64,000 nucleotides of DNA. Source: Harriotta raleighana (lineage: Eukaryota). The stretch lies in NCBI GenBank assembly GCA_050575255.1, contig JBNZDD010013732.1, positions 14,625,682 to 14,689,681 of the forward strand, in the 5' to 3' direction. The notes under the pieces are model-generated. The model was not told the DNA's origin. It was given only the letters and a program-made list of their open reading frames with translations, and searched no databases. The stretch's first letter is position 1. Each line of letters opens with the position of its first letter. This document shows, piece by piece, positions 37,913 through 51,470 of this stretch. Both the position numbers and the translations under genes were made by a program.

Positions 37913-39849
37913 CATCTTAAGCCAAATCTATAGTGGGTTATAAAAAGTGATTTATATAAATAGTTCAGGAGAAAAAAAATGGATATATGTAGGATGAGAG
38001 GGAATTTATGTATGAGGTAGCAGGGAATGGAATTAGAGTAAATCGTTCCAATGGATGAGCAAGCACCAACAAAGTTGCAATGAGTTGAAAGTCCTTTTAC
38101 AATACTGTTAATGGTCTGACTCTTAACATTCAGTAAAGCTATTTCATTCTTGCAGTGCTCAGCTTTTGAGTCTCTCATATTGATGCTCACAGTGTGCTGA
38201 AAAATAAATTCAATTAAGACATAAATATTATCTGATACAAACTTTGGTCCACAAATATAAAACACGTATTGCTTGTCCCTTGTCCTACAAAACAGCTGTG
38301 ATAGTGAATGACTTCATTCCACTATTTCCATTACTAATAATAGTAATCCTTACATTTCATATATTGCCTTTCACATTGGGAGGTTGTCTCAAAGTGCTTC
38401 AAAGCATTTCCTGTAAGGTGCAATCATTGAGTCTTTCATAGTCAAATGCAAACCTTTAATACCAATATGAATAAAATTTAAATGTCAAAATTTGTTTATG
38501 CCCGATTTATTTCTTGTAACCTTGCCCAACCGTTAGAAGAAGTAAACCTCCCTTACTTTCTAAACTGCCTAAAATCCTGAATGATTGTAGCAAGAGAAAT
38601 CTAATCAGATGGCTGTAAATGATGTGGATTTGCAAGATCAGTCCCTGTGAGCCAATATTGATATAGATTATCTCTACCAAGTGTGAAGCTGAAGGAGTCC
38701 AGTTTGAGATCTGCTTCTTTGAACTACAATAACAACAAAATTAATTTATATAGCAGCTTTCGCGTCGGGAAGACATCCCAAGGCACTGGAACTAGGAAGG
38801 AATAGCAGACAGTTTGTTTGCTCTTCAACTCAAATCTTTCCCATCAACCTCCATTAATATGGACCTTCGTACTTCTTAAATAATTTCATTGAACCTGATA
38901 CTCACAATAATGTCTGTGCTTTTTCTTACCCTGGACATCCTAACTGGAGTGATGCACATCAAACTTGATTTTTATTTCCTCTCTGATGTGGTAAATCTAC
39001 CAGAGATCTTTGGGGAAAGACAGTTTTCAGTTTCCACATAAACGTTCAATATAAGATGTTAACATTACTTCACTTATATGTTGTTTTCCTCCATTATATC
39101 CATGGCTCATTTCGATGGTCAAATGAAAGTGCAGCTATTAACTTGCAATTTGGCATTTCAGGAAACTAGGCAGCATCATGTTTACTATCCTAACAATCAT
39201 CAATCTCACTTTGGTTCAGTAATTTTGTTACGATTTACATATGGTGTTTTGGAGGAAGCACATTATAGTGATTATGGTTGTTAAAGCAGTGGACTGGTGC
39301 ATTCAGCATGAGGAAGATATGATAACTGCTTCCATCAGGAGATTTGGGGAATGATGATTAAGTCTGTCATGATTTCTTTGGAAACCCTGACAATGTTCCT
39401 TTACTATAAATAATTGGTGCTCTGAGAAGTAAAGAAACATCATTTACACAGTGCTAAATTCAATAGAATTAATGGATGATCTCCCATTAATCAATCTGTG
39501 AAGATATCATTTCCATGAAGGGATTGGTCAAAACATAAATGTTTGAAAGCCGTACTGCACAGTAATAGCCTAATTAGCACTTGTGCTGCTTCTCACTCTA
39601 TTGGAACCAACGCACAAAGGAATATAGTGCACTATGAAGTCCATCTTTTTAACCTTTTCAGCTATTAAATGTATTTAATTCTTCACTCAATATTTATATA
39701 TGTTCTCAGCAGAAGATCAATGGAATCTGATTTGTATTCCACCCTTGACACTGACTATAAATCACTCTATTATTTGTGAGTTGTCAGATCAGCCATTTTA
39801 GGGTTTAAATCTTGTTGAACGTTTTGACATCTATAGAGGTTTAGTTGTG

Positions 39850-40130
39850 ACGAAACCGTAGGCAAGTTTCCTTACTCCTTAAACAGGCCGTTGTTTACCC
39901 AGTAATAAGTAGAAACCTGTGGTTGGTCAATTGGCGGAACGCTTCACAAAAAAAAGTAATGTGGTCACTCAGTCAATGGCAGTTGGTGGGAAATCACGTA
40001 ATTACTGTGCGTAATTGGCTGCCGTGTTTCACCACAAAATACAATTCACTTTTTACAGTATACAGTAAAAGCCTGTCTCAACATTGTAATATGGCACTAT
40101 ATCAAATGCAACAATCATTATAATTATTAC
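39850..40130 (+). mobile_element. Degenerate Deu-type SINE
   Basis: cgaaaccgtaggcaagtttccttactcc...tgtgcgtaattggctgccgtgtttc...cactatatcaaatgca. Confidence 0.7.
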
Positions 40131-40399
40131 ATGATTCTGTTGAATGCAAGCATGACTCACAAGGCATTTAGTTTACATTTTTGAGTGTTTGAATCCTGTT
40201 GAAGTATTTGTACCTCCATTTCAGTGTGAGTAATCAGATTAATCCCGTCACTTCAGGGTTGATCACTAATTTGACACAATGACCCTTTCCTTCCGTTTCC
40301 CCAACTTCTGTTTGACACACACAAAGGTTAGTTTTTATGTAAGTTTATTTTCCCAAACAGGGAAGCTTGTGTCCAGGTAAATGGTTACCTTTATTTCAT

Positions 40400-40630
40400 A
40401 AATATTTTAAAAGATAAATTTATCCAAGTAGACCATTAACCCTGAATGGTCAGAGAGTATCTTGACGATGATGTTATAGCCTTCTTACCTCTAGAGAGAA
40501 AAGGTCCAACCAGTCGAATCGTTCTTGATAGCTGGTTGTGTTGCTGTACCCTCCAATGCTACAGCATCTTTATATCTGAACTGAGCCTAGTTTTTCAGAG
40601 AAAGATACTGGGATTCTGTGTCATGTGAGT
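40400..40630 (-). mobile_element. Very degenerate CR1 ORF2 fragment
   Basis: Minus strand gatgctgtagcattggagggtacag...ggaccttttctctctagaggtaagaaggct resembles the ALERVQ...LGLFSLE.RRL region. Confidence 0.4.
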
Positions 40631-41345
40631 TGTTTTATTGTTGCTGAGGTTGTATTGAGGGGATGGGCAAAGCAGGGGATGATTTGCATTGCACTCAATC
40701 TGCTAAGGAAGCACTTAGTAGTGGCACCAATGCAAAGTAGAAATCGTTCCCTAGCACTGCTATCCATCACTTTAATGAGAAGAAAAGCGATATTAATATG
40801 AGATGTAATACTGGCAACATATGACGAAGGTTTGGATATAAAAGTTTTACATTAAATCAAAGCCGCTTCAGGAAATGAAATCACAGTCTTGGTTGTTATT
40901 AATTCAATTTGCAAACATCGGCATTTCCTTTTTTGAACTGGATCTTCTATGTTTGAGAGTGAGGTGCATTTTTAAAACTAATTGTGTGTTTGGGAATGTT
41001 TGTTCAATATTGTTCAATGACATTGGGACCAATTTGTCATTACATTCCATATTTATCGCACAGAATATGTTTGACATCGACACTTCCCTCCCACTTCAAA
41101 CACATAGTCCTCTAGCGGTCCCTATAGCAACATTTATTTAACTGTACTCATGACATCGGACTTCCAGCTCTTGAATTTCAGCTTCGAGCTGCCAGTTAGC
41201 ACGAAACCAGTGTTTTACAAAATAGAAACCTCAGAGTCGTAAGTTTCCCCAAACCATCTACCAAAGGTCATTGAGCACAAGCCTGAATACCAATGCCAGA
41301 AATGCTGCTTCAGACATTGATATTCAGAAGAATGCAATTGTGATA

Positions 41346-41677
41346 CAGAAAAACCTTGTTTATTCGTGACCCGATCAACGGGATTGCTCGACCCCCTCCC
41401 GGGGCAATTCTCCATTCCAACAATCGCGAGTTTGCTCACTTTGTGCATGCGTGCAATGCGGAGCATGCGCACTTATTAAACTTCCGAACTTGGGTTTTTA
41501 CTGAGTGCGCTGGAATGCTTTATTGGTAAGTATCCTTACAATACTACTGTATTTAGTCTATTATTAACATGGTATGTTTCAAAATAAGTAAATTTTTTAT
41601 GTTGGGTTTTCAGCAACTTGCTGCCCGTTTATCCGGTAAAGTCAATTAGTCGACACCCACCCCCCAGGGTTTTGCTG
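41346..41677 (+). mobile_element. Degenerate Tigger-like MITE
   Basis: ta|cagaaaaaccttgtttattc ... gggttttgctg|ta; shares gctggaatgctttattggtaagtatcc with the other copies. Confidence 0.75.
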
Positions 41678-41845
41678 TATTTCTTTTAGGTTATCTAGAC
41701 CCAAGTGGAATTTCTACCCTCAAATATCAAGTTGTACTGAATTATAAGTAGTGTTTAGTCGTGGACTTGACTAAATCAAGCCAAACCAAATTGATTTTAC
41801 TTAGAATTTCTAATTACATCAGAGATGATCCCTTTAATGTAGTTA

Positions 41846-42201
41846 CAGTAAAAGCTTGGGTATCCAGCACCCAAACAACCGGAAAGCTCAATCTCGGAAT
41901 ACAATTCACCATTCCAGCAACCAGATCTCATACCGGAGCCACCCGACACACTCCCAGCATGCTCACTTTGCGCATGTGTGCGCATGCGCACTTATTAAAC
42001 TTACCAAATGCGATTTTACCGAGTGTGCTGGAATGCTTTATTGGTAAGTATCCATACAATATTTTGTTATTAATATGGTATGTTTTAAAATAAGGTTATT
42101 TTGTGTAGGATTGTTGATAATTTACCCCTCGAATATCCGGCATAATTGATTATCCGGCACCGGTCAGATCCCGAGGGTGCTGGATAACAAAGCTGTTATT
42201 G
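41846..42201 (+). mobile_element. Tigger-like MITE
   Basis: ta|cagtaaaagcttgggtatccagcac ... gtgctggataacaaagctgttattg|ta. Confidence 0.88.
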
Positions 42202-42677
42202 TATTTTGAAACCCAGATATCAAAGATCTGAATTTTGACCCTCTGCCCTATTAATACAACATATAATACTGTATCTTCATGAAACAAAAATTGCTAGCTG
42301 AATTATTGTTTTAAAACCACTTCAAGGAGAAGCACCAGAGGAATAAAAGGCTTAATGAATACAACAAAAATTACTATTTTAATATAAATATTAATAATCC
42401 CTAAGAGCTGTCACCTATGAGTTAGAAAGTTGTGGGTTCAATCCCCACCTCGGAACTTAGTCTAAAATGACACTCCAATGCAGTGCTGGGCGTGTGTTGC
42501 ATTGTTGGAATAATAAATAATCTTATGATCCAACCTGTGACAAACAGGTGAATGAAGAGCAAATGTAAAATGTCCCCCATGATGAAGCATTAGTAGGGGG
42601 AAACAAAAGCTGAATTTCTAGGCAATCGTTTGTCATTGAGACATGTTGTGTTCACTGCATTCCACTCTGGATCTTGT

Positions 42678-42742
42678 ACAACAACAACAAAATTACATTT
42701 ATAGTGCGCCTTTCACTTCGGGAGGACATTCCACGGCGCTGA
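42678..42742 (-). mobile_element. L2 3' tail fragment
   Basis: (caa)n-aattacatttatagtgcgcctttcacttcgggaggacattcc. Confidence 0.8.
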
Positions 42743-43689
42743 CAAAACCTGTAAAACCTGAAATGGTGAACATTTTATTGTGCAGCTTCTGTTCAATCTA
42801 AGCTTTAAAACAAGAGCAATGCAACTCCCAAGAGAACTTCATATTCAGAAAACAGCATCAAGGCAACAGGAAGAACATGTTGTGCCAGAAAAATGTGAAG
42901 TCTATGATGGGAAAGCTGATGTTCATTTCGAGCTCATGAGATGAAGCATAAATGAAAATAAATCACAACAGGATAACCTGCTGTGTGAGTATATATCATC
43001 TTAAATGCACAAGAACTGAAGGAATTTATAGAGTTTTTGGCATTGAATTATTAGTCTTCACATAATGGTATATCTGCTAAATATTGTGAAGTAATCCTGA
43101 AGTCCTCACTTTATTTTGTACCTTAGATGGTTTCACACCCACCATTCAAGTTTAGTCAACCATAAAACCTTAATTATCAATGATAGTAAAACATGAGCTG
43201 GCAAGGAACATAACTCTGATCTCGAGGCTTTTGACATCCTCTGCTATATTCTGGAAGTTCCTGTGAGCATAAAATAGATTTTTTCTTTCAATATTTACAA
43301 ATAGTATCTCAAATCTAACAATTAATATTGCTTAATTCATATACTGTATTAGCATACAAACTTTCTGAAGATCTATGTTACTTCAGGATAAAGTAGTTAT
43401 TGCCAAACAGAGGCTTCTCATGAAGAACTGATATAAATTATAATGTATCATATTCCAAAACATGAGTGAATGAATTAAAGCCCCTTTTTTACCAGAAGGA
43501 GAGCAGTGTGAGAATATGCAAGAAGTCTAATTCTTCTTTATCATATAGCTCAAACGTAGCATAATGCCATTAAAATTGCTCCACTTTTATTTGTAAATTG
43601 TATTCCTGCATGAGCAGTGTGGTGTTGTGGATGGTGCAAAGTGCTCTGAGTTTTCTTAGATTATTTTTCTTTTTAGATTTAGGTTTCTG

Positions 43690-44040
43690 ACCCAGCTCAG
43701 TCGGTAGCACTCTTGCCTGTAAGTCGGAAGATTGGGTTCAAGCACCACATTATTTCTTGGAACTCAATAAGTGTATGTTGACAGTGCAATGCAGTGTTTG
43801 GGGTGTGCTATAATTTTGTAGGTTCTGCACTTTGGGTGAGATGTTAAACTGAGATCCAGCCCACTTATCCAGGTGGGCATTAAAGATCCCATGGCATTAT
43901 TTGAAGAGAGAAGTGAACAAAACCCCCAAATAAAATTGTCCGTCATGTTCGCCCACAAAATAGCCACTTCACTTTATAGTATATCCTGTGAAGTGCTCTA
44001 AGATGTCTCGACAATATGGTAATGTGGTATATCAAATTAA
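43690..44040 (+). mobile_element. Old Deu-type SINE
   Basis: agctcagtcggtagcactcttgcctgtaagtcggaagattgggttcaagc...caggtgggcattaaagatcccatggcattatttgaag. Confidence 0.75.
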
Positions 44041-45193
44041 ACGACTATAGTTATGTATTATAAAATGCACATTACATTGTGTTTCGTTGCGTACGGTTGC
44101 TCCTTTACCAACTGAATTTTTAACACCTCCATCCACCAAACTGCTAACATGCATTCACAAAAAGAATAGAACTATGGGGAAATACATCTCTGTGCTTTTC
44201 AGATTTGTGTTAAATGTAATGTAAAATGATGGTGAGGGATCCTTGGCATTTTGTGAAACGTGAAATGGCATACAATGTAACATAAAATTGTCTTTTTTTA
44301 ACAAGAAGAGAGAAATGAATTCCATGACTTGGTGTGAATCAATCTTAATTGCCGTACCAAAAAAAGTGTGAGGAATGCACGTGCATTAGGAGTATTAAAC
44401 TTGTAACACATTTTCTTTAACAAAATACATTAGCAACTTCCTCCTGGCTTATTGTTGGCAGTATTTTTAAGAAAAGGAAAAGTGTAACTTACCAGACATA
44501 TTGTTTACAATAATCCTATCCTTGAGTTTGATACAGAGCCTTTCACTTCAGGACGTTGTCTCATAGAATTTTACAAGATTTATTGTAGTGTAGTGACTAT
44601 TTTTGTAGGCAAATGTTCTGGAACTCTAATTCCACTTTTGTGCATATAATGGCAGAGTAAAACATACGTTTCAAAAATAAATACAACATTTTAGCAGCTA
44701 CATAATTTATTAAAACTGTTTTCCTTGAATGAAATAGCAGAAAAGCTAAATAAGAGAATTTTTTTTTTTAAATGAATTACATCAATAAAATAGCACCCCC
44801 CAAATAATAATGAACAATGAAATGTCCATTTTCCCAAACCTATTTAATTACAGGTGAAGTAGAATTCTTATTTTAAAATTCATTGAACTAGATGTAGACC
44901 TGAACACCATTACTATTTAGTATCTCAATTGGGTTTCATATTAATTTTAAATACCCATAGCATATTTTCATCATGAATTGCTCATTTCCTTTTTAATCTA
45001 TTTGGGTTTTAGGAGCTGGTCACAATGGCTCTCGGAGTAGACACCATATTGTTTCTGTATATTTTTAGATTATAATGTAATAACATGTTTAAAGAAGTAA
45101 AAGGAATAAACAATGTTCCATTGCACTAACGTCATTTCATTTGAAGTGCTTTTTAAAAATTATTTAGATTTTTAGTATTATGGTTCATTCAGT

Positions 45194-45563
45194 GGTGTCC
45201 TGTATCATCGTGGTTAGAGCACTCATAATGAGAGGACCTGGGTTCGATTCCCGAAAAGGGCGAAACGATGGGCAAGTTTCCTTTCTCCACACGCCTCTGG
45301 TCAAAAGCAGTGGTTGGTCGATTGTTGGATCGTTTTTCCGGGGATAATAAACCCTTCAAAAAAAAAAAGAATTTGGTCCTTCAATCCACAATTGTTTGTC
45401 TTGACACTGCTGTGCACAATAGCCTACCGTATATCACCCACCATACAACTATGCCTGACTATACTGTGCAGTCAATTTACTTTACCATATATTCTGTGAA
45501 GAGCTTTGAGATGTCTCAAAGTCTTGATTAAGGCACAATATCAAATGCAAAAATTATTATTAT
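45194..45563 (+). mobile_element. Near full-length tRNA-headed Deu-type SINE
   Basis: gtggttagagcac, B box ggttcgattcc, gggcaagtttcc, Deu core, (tta)n tail. Confidence 0.85.
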
Positions 45564-45850
45564 ATTCTGCCTTCATAATTCTCTGCAGTGCCTGGGCTGG
45601 TGTGATTTGTGAGCAGGTAGTGGAAACCAGGCTTTTAGCTCCCAAACATTCCTCTGCTGGAAGGAATAGGGAACACATACAACAATAAAACTGCACCACC
45701 TGCTATTGATGAATGCTAGTTCTCATCCTAAAGAATCTATCACTTTTTTACCATCACAATATTTGAAGGCAACATGCAGAACATGCAAAAGTAACATTAT
45801 TCACTCAGAACGTATGGCAGAATTGGATGCCAGATGATCCAGAGCAATAA

Positions 45851-46085
45851 AAATAATCATCCTTGGATTTAATATAGCATTTTATCACATCTTCAAGACA
45901 TCTTAAAGCGCTTCACAGAATTTACTGTGAAGTGAATTGACTGTATATTCTCCTGGCAAAATGTGGCAGCCAATTGTGCACAGCAGTGTCCCACAAACAG
46001 TTGTGCATTGAGTGACCAACTTATTATTGTTCAATTTAAAAACTATATATTTTTGTTTTTCTAAAGGGATTATTACCCCTGGAAA
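45851..46085 (-). mobile_element. Deu-type SINE 3' half
   Basis: aaagcgcttcacagaa...gcagccaattgtgcacagcagtgtcccacaaacagttgtg. Confidence 0.8.
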
Positions 46086-46825
46086 AGCAATGAAAAGCAA
46101 TGTGAGGATGTCTCTTTCTGGAGGTTCTATCTGTCAGGGTTTCCTGATTGAAGGGGAGCATTCATCCATACAAATCTGTTGGATAAGTACCAGATTCACC
46201 AAGGCCATCATGGTGGGCAAGGCTTGTAGCAACAAATAATGTAGGAATATCCCTGATACACCGCATTCAGCGAATGCAGTGCTTGTGCTGTTCTATTTAT
46301 AACCAAGGCTAGCAACAGTCAGAGTAATCAAATAACCATATGCCTATCTGAATGTGTTAACCTGTGAATGTCACTGTCACCTTGCCGAACTTGGTACTGA
46401 TGTTTGTATGCTTTCCCTGTGTCTATATTGATAGCGTGTTTTGTTACAAGTGTTCTAAAGGCTTGGAAAATTGCTGGCAACTGTTTTCAAAATAATAATA
46501 GCAATGAAATCCTTACATGTGATACAGCAGCTTTTGCATCAGAAGATTGCCAATGCTGATCCAATAGAAGCATTGGATATGCTGTTTTACACTTGAAGTG
46601 TTTATTACAGCAATAATGTTAGAAAAATGTAGATGTCTCTGATTCCTTGTAACAATGATTATTTTAAATGTTAAACACTTTTTTTTAAAGTGTAGAATGC
46701 TGAGGATGTATTTTAACGCAATGATTATCTTCAGTTTTGCTGGGACAAAGGATAGTTCAGTGAGCAAGTGCATGACTTGCCATAATTCTGAGCTATTCAC
46801 ACTTAGTTGATATTATCCTTGGTCA

Positions 46826-48462
46826 CATAGAATCATAGAATCTTACAGCACAAAAGGAGGCCATTCGGCCCATTGAGTCTGTGCCAGCTCTTTAAAAAGA
46901 GCAATTTAATGCCACTCCCTGGCTCTCTCCCCATAACCGCGCAAACTCGTCCTCCCCAAAGAAATGTCTGTGCCGGCTCTTTGAAAAGAGCAACTCAATC
47001 CCACTGCCCAGCTCTCCCTCCATAATCTAACAGACCTGTTCTCCCTTAATAAAGATCTTATTCTCTTTTAAAAGCTGTTATCGAATCGGCCTCCACCACG
47101 TTTTCAGGCAATGCATTCCAGATTCGAACAATATAATAATAATCCTTGCATTTTGATATAGCGCTTTTCACATCTTATCAACGTCCCAAAGCGCTTCACA
47201 GAATATACTGTAAAGTGAATTGACTGTATATTTGTAGGCAGAATGCGGCAGCTAATTGCACAGCAGTGTCCCACAAACAGTCATGGATTGAAATGACCAA
47301 TTTTATTATTGTGTTTTTTTTGGAGGGATTATTATTAGGCATGTGGAGTAAGGAAACTTGCCCAAGGTTTCGCCCTGATCTGCCTGGATTCGAACACATG
47401 TCTCATGCTTGTAAGGCAAATGCTCTAAGCCACAGGAGCTCCACAACCCGCTGAGTGAAAAAAGTTCTTCTCCTCTGCTTCGTTTTGAAACTATTTTAAA
47501 TCTGTGACCACGATTAACCAGTGGAAACAGTTTTTCATTATTCACTCTGTCGAATCCCCTCATGATTTTATAAACCTCTATTAGGTCTCCTCTCAAGCTT
47601 CTCTGTTCTAAAGAGAATAAACCTAGCCTATCTAGCCTTTCCTCATAACTGAAGTCCTTCAATCCTGGTACCATTCCAGTAAACCTTCTTTGTACCCTTT
47701 CCAATGCCTTAGCATCCTTTTTATAGTTTGGTGACCAGAATTGAACACAATACTCCAGCTGAGGCATAACCAAAGTTTTATAGAGGTTAGTCAGCACTTC
47801 GTGACTTTTGTACTCTATACCCCTATTTATAAAGCCTAGTATCCCATATGCCTTTTTAATGGCTTTGTCTACCTGTCCTGCCACCTTCAAAGAGTCACTA
47901 ACACAAATCCCCAGGTCTCTCTGTTTCCTCACACCCCTTAACATTGTACTATCTAGCCTATATTGCCTCCCCTCATTTCTTTTCCCAAAATGTATCACCT
48001 CACACTTCTCTGCATTAAACTTCATCTGCCATGTGTCTGTCCACTTTACCATTTTATGTATATCGTCTTGCAAATGGTTACTATCCTTCTCACTATTTAC
48101 TATTCTCCCTAACTTAGTATCATCTGCAAACTTGGAAACTGTACTCCCTTTCCCCAAGTCTAAATCCTTAATATATATTAAAAAGAGCAGTTATCCAAAA
48201 CCGATCCCTGGAGGATGCCACTGCACACTTCCCTCCAATCTGAAAAACAGCTGCTCACGACAGCTCTCTGCTTTCTATCTCGCAGCTAGTTGTGCATTCA
48301 TGCTGCCAATGTCCCTTTAACGCCATGGGTCTCTACACTCCTAATAAGCCTCTCATGTGGCACTTTGTCAAATGCTTTCTGAAAGTCCATGTAAACTACA
48401 TCAACTGCGTTACCCTCGTCCACCCTTTTCGTTACCTGATCGAAATATTCTATCAGATTTGT
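46826..48462 (-). mobile_element. 5'-truncated CR1 LINE (RT domain to 3' tail), split by a SINE
   Basis: Minus strand VDVVYMDFQKAFDKVPH, QGSVL, SKFADDTKLG, WQMKFNAEKCEVIHFG, LEYCVQFWSP; tail gggccgaatggcctcc...attctatgattctatg; stops and a frameshift upstream of 48157. Confidence 0.96.
47132..47442 (-). mobile_element. Full-length young tRNA-headed Deu-type SINE nested in CR1
   Basis: Head ggagctcctgtggcttagagcatttgccttacaagc...gttcgaatcc, Deu core, (tta)n tail; acaa on both flanks. Confidence 0.92.
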
Positions 48463-49299
48463 AAGGCAATATTTGGAATCTTGAAGACATGATATAACAT
48501 CATATAAAATGCAAAGATTATTATTATTAACAATGATAAAAGGCCATTTTTTGTGGGCAGACCCAAATCAGACTCAACGACGGCGCTGTTTCATCTTGTG
48601 CCATAAAACGAGATTGTCAGCGAGGCTGTTGCTTTAAAGTCTCCCTTCTGAAGTTTGGCCCATTGGGAAATTGTTCTGTTTCTGTCCACCTAGCATCGCT
48701 GTAGTTGAACCTGGCACATGAATAATCTGAACAGGATGAAAGATGAATTTTGGCACCATTATTTGGTTCCTATTGCTCCCAGAAAACCCGACAGCTAATT
48801 TGCACCTATTTCAAATACATAACCAGTCATTACAGTAGATAGCTTACAAAGAACAAGTAACACTTCTTTGTTAGAATGTTTTTGAGGTCACTGTGATGCA
48901 TCAGTGACCTGTGTACAGACCAGCTGGTATTGTGGCTCTGTATTCACAGCACACTGTGCTACACTGATGGGACTACTCTCAGCACAGTGTGTTGCTGTCA
49001 TCTTCTTTTCGTTTTACAAAGTAACCCATGACTTCAATTTCCACTGGCTGCTTTTGTCAATATGCCATTAAGCATAAGTTTACCTCCCTTGAGATGCATC
49101 GTGCTCGATAATACATTGTGCCAAAAGCTATATAGTCCTACAACTTTGGGTTAGGGTAGGGGATTGTTTTAAATAAAAGTCGAGAGCATTCAAAATTGTA
49201 ACACAGCAGTTTAATTGAATATTTGTCTATTCCCTTTCAAAAAATGAATCACTTTGATAGCAGGAATAAAGAAGCTATTTTTACCTTAGTAAGAACCTA

Positions 49300-49672
49300 A
49301 AAGTGGCAGAGGAGCAAAGGGTTCTAGGGATTCCGATTCATCAGATTCTATATGTGGCAGCACAGGTGAACTAAGCTATAAAAATGCAAATAATTCTTGG
49401 CTTTAAGTCCCAAGGAATTGAACTATAAAATAGTAAAAGGAGACACACTGTCGGAAATTGTGGTTTAGAAGCAGAAATCAAGTTTTTAAGAGTAAACATA
49501 AAGTGGACATTGAGGGAGAAGGGAATACAGGTGTATGGAAGGATTAGGATGGAGGTAACACGTATGGGAAAGGGCAGGTAAATGGGACTGAAAGGATTCC
49601 TGTTAAAAGAACCAGAAGAAACTTGATGGGCCAAATGGCTTTCTTCTGTGTTGTAAATTTCTATGGTTCTAT
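49300..49672 (+). mobile_element. Degenerate, internally deleted CR1 3' fragment
   Basis: aagctataaaaatgcaaataattcttggcttt...ttgatgggccaaatggctttcttctgtgttgtaaatttctatggttctat. Confidence 0.75.
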
Positions 49673-51159
49673 ATGGAATATAAAGAGTTCAATGGACTAG
49701 TCGACCCAAATGGCTCATTTCCGTGCTTTAACAGTCTATTTATTCTCGGTAGTATATGCTGTTACTATTATTCCAGCAATTGAAAGTTGCGACTGTAGAA
49801 ATGCAAACACAGCACAGGGTTTGAATCAAAGACTGTGCTGAGTTACAGTGGTTGGCTTCATCTGGTACAGCAGTCGAGGGGCTACATCTGGTCTCGGTGT
49901 CCTGGACTGAGGAGCAAATAGGAAAATCAACCAGAGATCTCAGTCCTTATTGCTATCTGGGACACCTGCTGGAATTACAGAGAGCTGATGAGGACAGAAT
50001 TATGCACTGCTGTGATACCTATCGTAAAATAATCTGCAGTCACTTGCTTATTGCTGGAAGACTTTGGGCATTCATGGAATTATATCTCTAAGAGGCTAAA
50101 TGTTAAGATGAATAATGGTGGAGAAAAGTGGAAAAATAATTTTGTTCAAGCGACATTAGAATTCAAAATGCTCATTGACATTTTGTGATTTAATACAATT
50201 CGCTGCAGTAATGTAACTGATTGAAGTACAACTGACTTGATGCCAATAATAAATTCAAGCAACAGCAACTAAATAAGATCCTTTTACTTTAATGGTGTGC
50301 ATTAATATCTGATCATAATTGATTTCACAGAGATAATTAGGTTCAAATAATTGTTCAGTAAATTTATGTTCTGTGTTCTGTGCCAACCTGACTTTACAGT
50401 GATACATTGGATTGATTGAGATAGATGACGGTTTTTAATTGTCTGAATTTCGTATCTATTTTATAACTGAAATAGATTCCATTCTCTTCCCCCACCCACT
50501 GACCACATTTTTAATATTTTTTTTGATTTGCAATTTCGGGGTTCATATTTAATCATTTAAGTTAGATTCAGAGTTAATTTTAAGATCCTTTTATGCTGAA
50601 AGGCATTAACTGGACTGTGGGAGCTGCTGGGAATTTGACAAGAATGTATCTCGTGCAGCATCTCTGCTGTATTATGCAAAGGATCATCTGGTCACAGACA
50701 GCCAAAATAATAAGATAAAGAGGAAATAAAATAAAGAAAGCTTGTATTTTACTTACAAAATAGCATATTTTACCTGCAAAATAGAACATTACGAAGGACC
50801 GTCACATTAATGACTTTATAATGCTGTCTTAGGCAGTTATGTAAAACTGCCTTATTGAGTGAAATGTAAATGGGACTGTTATTATTTTTGATGAGAGGTG
50901 CTTTGGATGATGTATGCTGCATTGTTTATGTTCTCATTTTAGGGAGTGTTTTTTGTGCAGTTTTGAAGTGAGAAATGTAATCCTTCCACAGTTTGTACCC
51001 AATATTGGAATTAATGTCAGACTATTCAGCGCCTTGGGACGTTACAGATACTCTGATACCTCTCTGATACCTGGTGGTGGGTGTGAAATTCATTGTTTCA
51101 TTAGATAGTGTGGTTTTGAAGATATACACTTGGAATCTTTTATGTTTTAATTTACAGTC

Positions 51160-51470
51160 TCGGATGAACATTCACTTGTGCACCACATGGAGTGAGACTT
51201 TAAATCAAAAGTTCTTGTCAGGTGGATGTTAAAAATCCAAAGGCACTATTTGAAAAGGGAAAAGAGTTTCTCCTGGTATCCCAGCCAATAATCCCCAGAT
51301 AAAAATGGATCATTCATATCATGGGCATTTTTGGCACATTGCTGTGTTCTAATCAGTCTATGTGTATACCTACAATACAGACATTACATTTTACAGTAAA
51401 TTTTGTGAAACACTTTGAGACACTCTCCTGATGTGAAATAATCTACATTAATCACAAATATTATTATAAT
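51160..51470 (+). mobile_element. Old Deu-type SINE
   Basis: caggtggatgttaaaaatccaaaggcactatttgaa...tttctcctggtatcccagcc...gtgaaacactttgagac. Confidence 0.65.

Noticed and set aside
40484-40590. Minus-strand exon with a GAG|gtaaga donor
   Set aside because: All three frames from the nearest upstream acceptor contain stops, and the sequence resembles decayed CR1
47306-48157. 283-aa ORF as a host gene or active reverse transcriptase
   Set aside because: It is a CR1 ORF2 fragment that reads through into an inserted SINE; upstream RT sequence has stops and a frameshift and the element is 5'-truncated
49815-50080. Possible ancient SINE-like repeat (similar texture near 6080, 35340, 54600, 62600)
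   Set aside because: Too decayed to assign a family or boundaries by eye; needs a profile search
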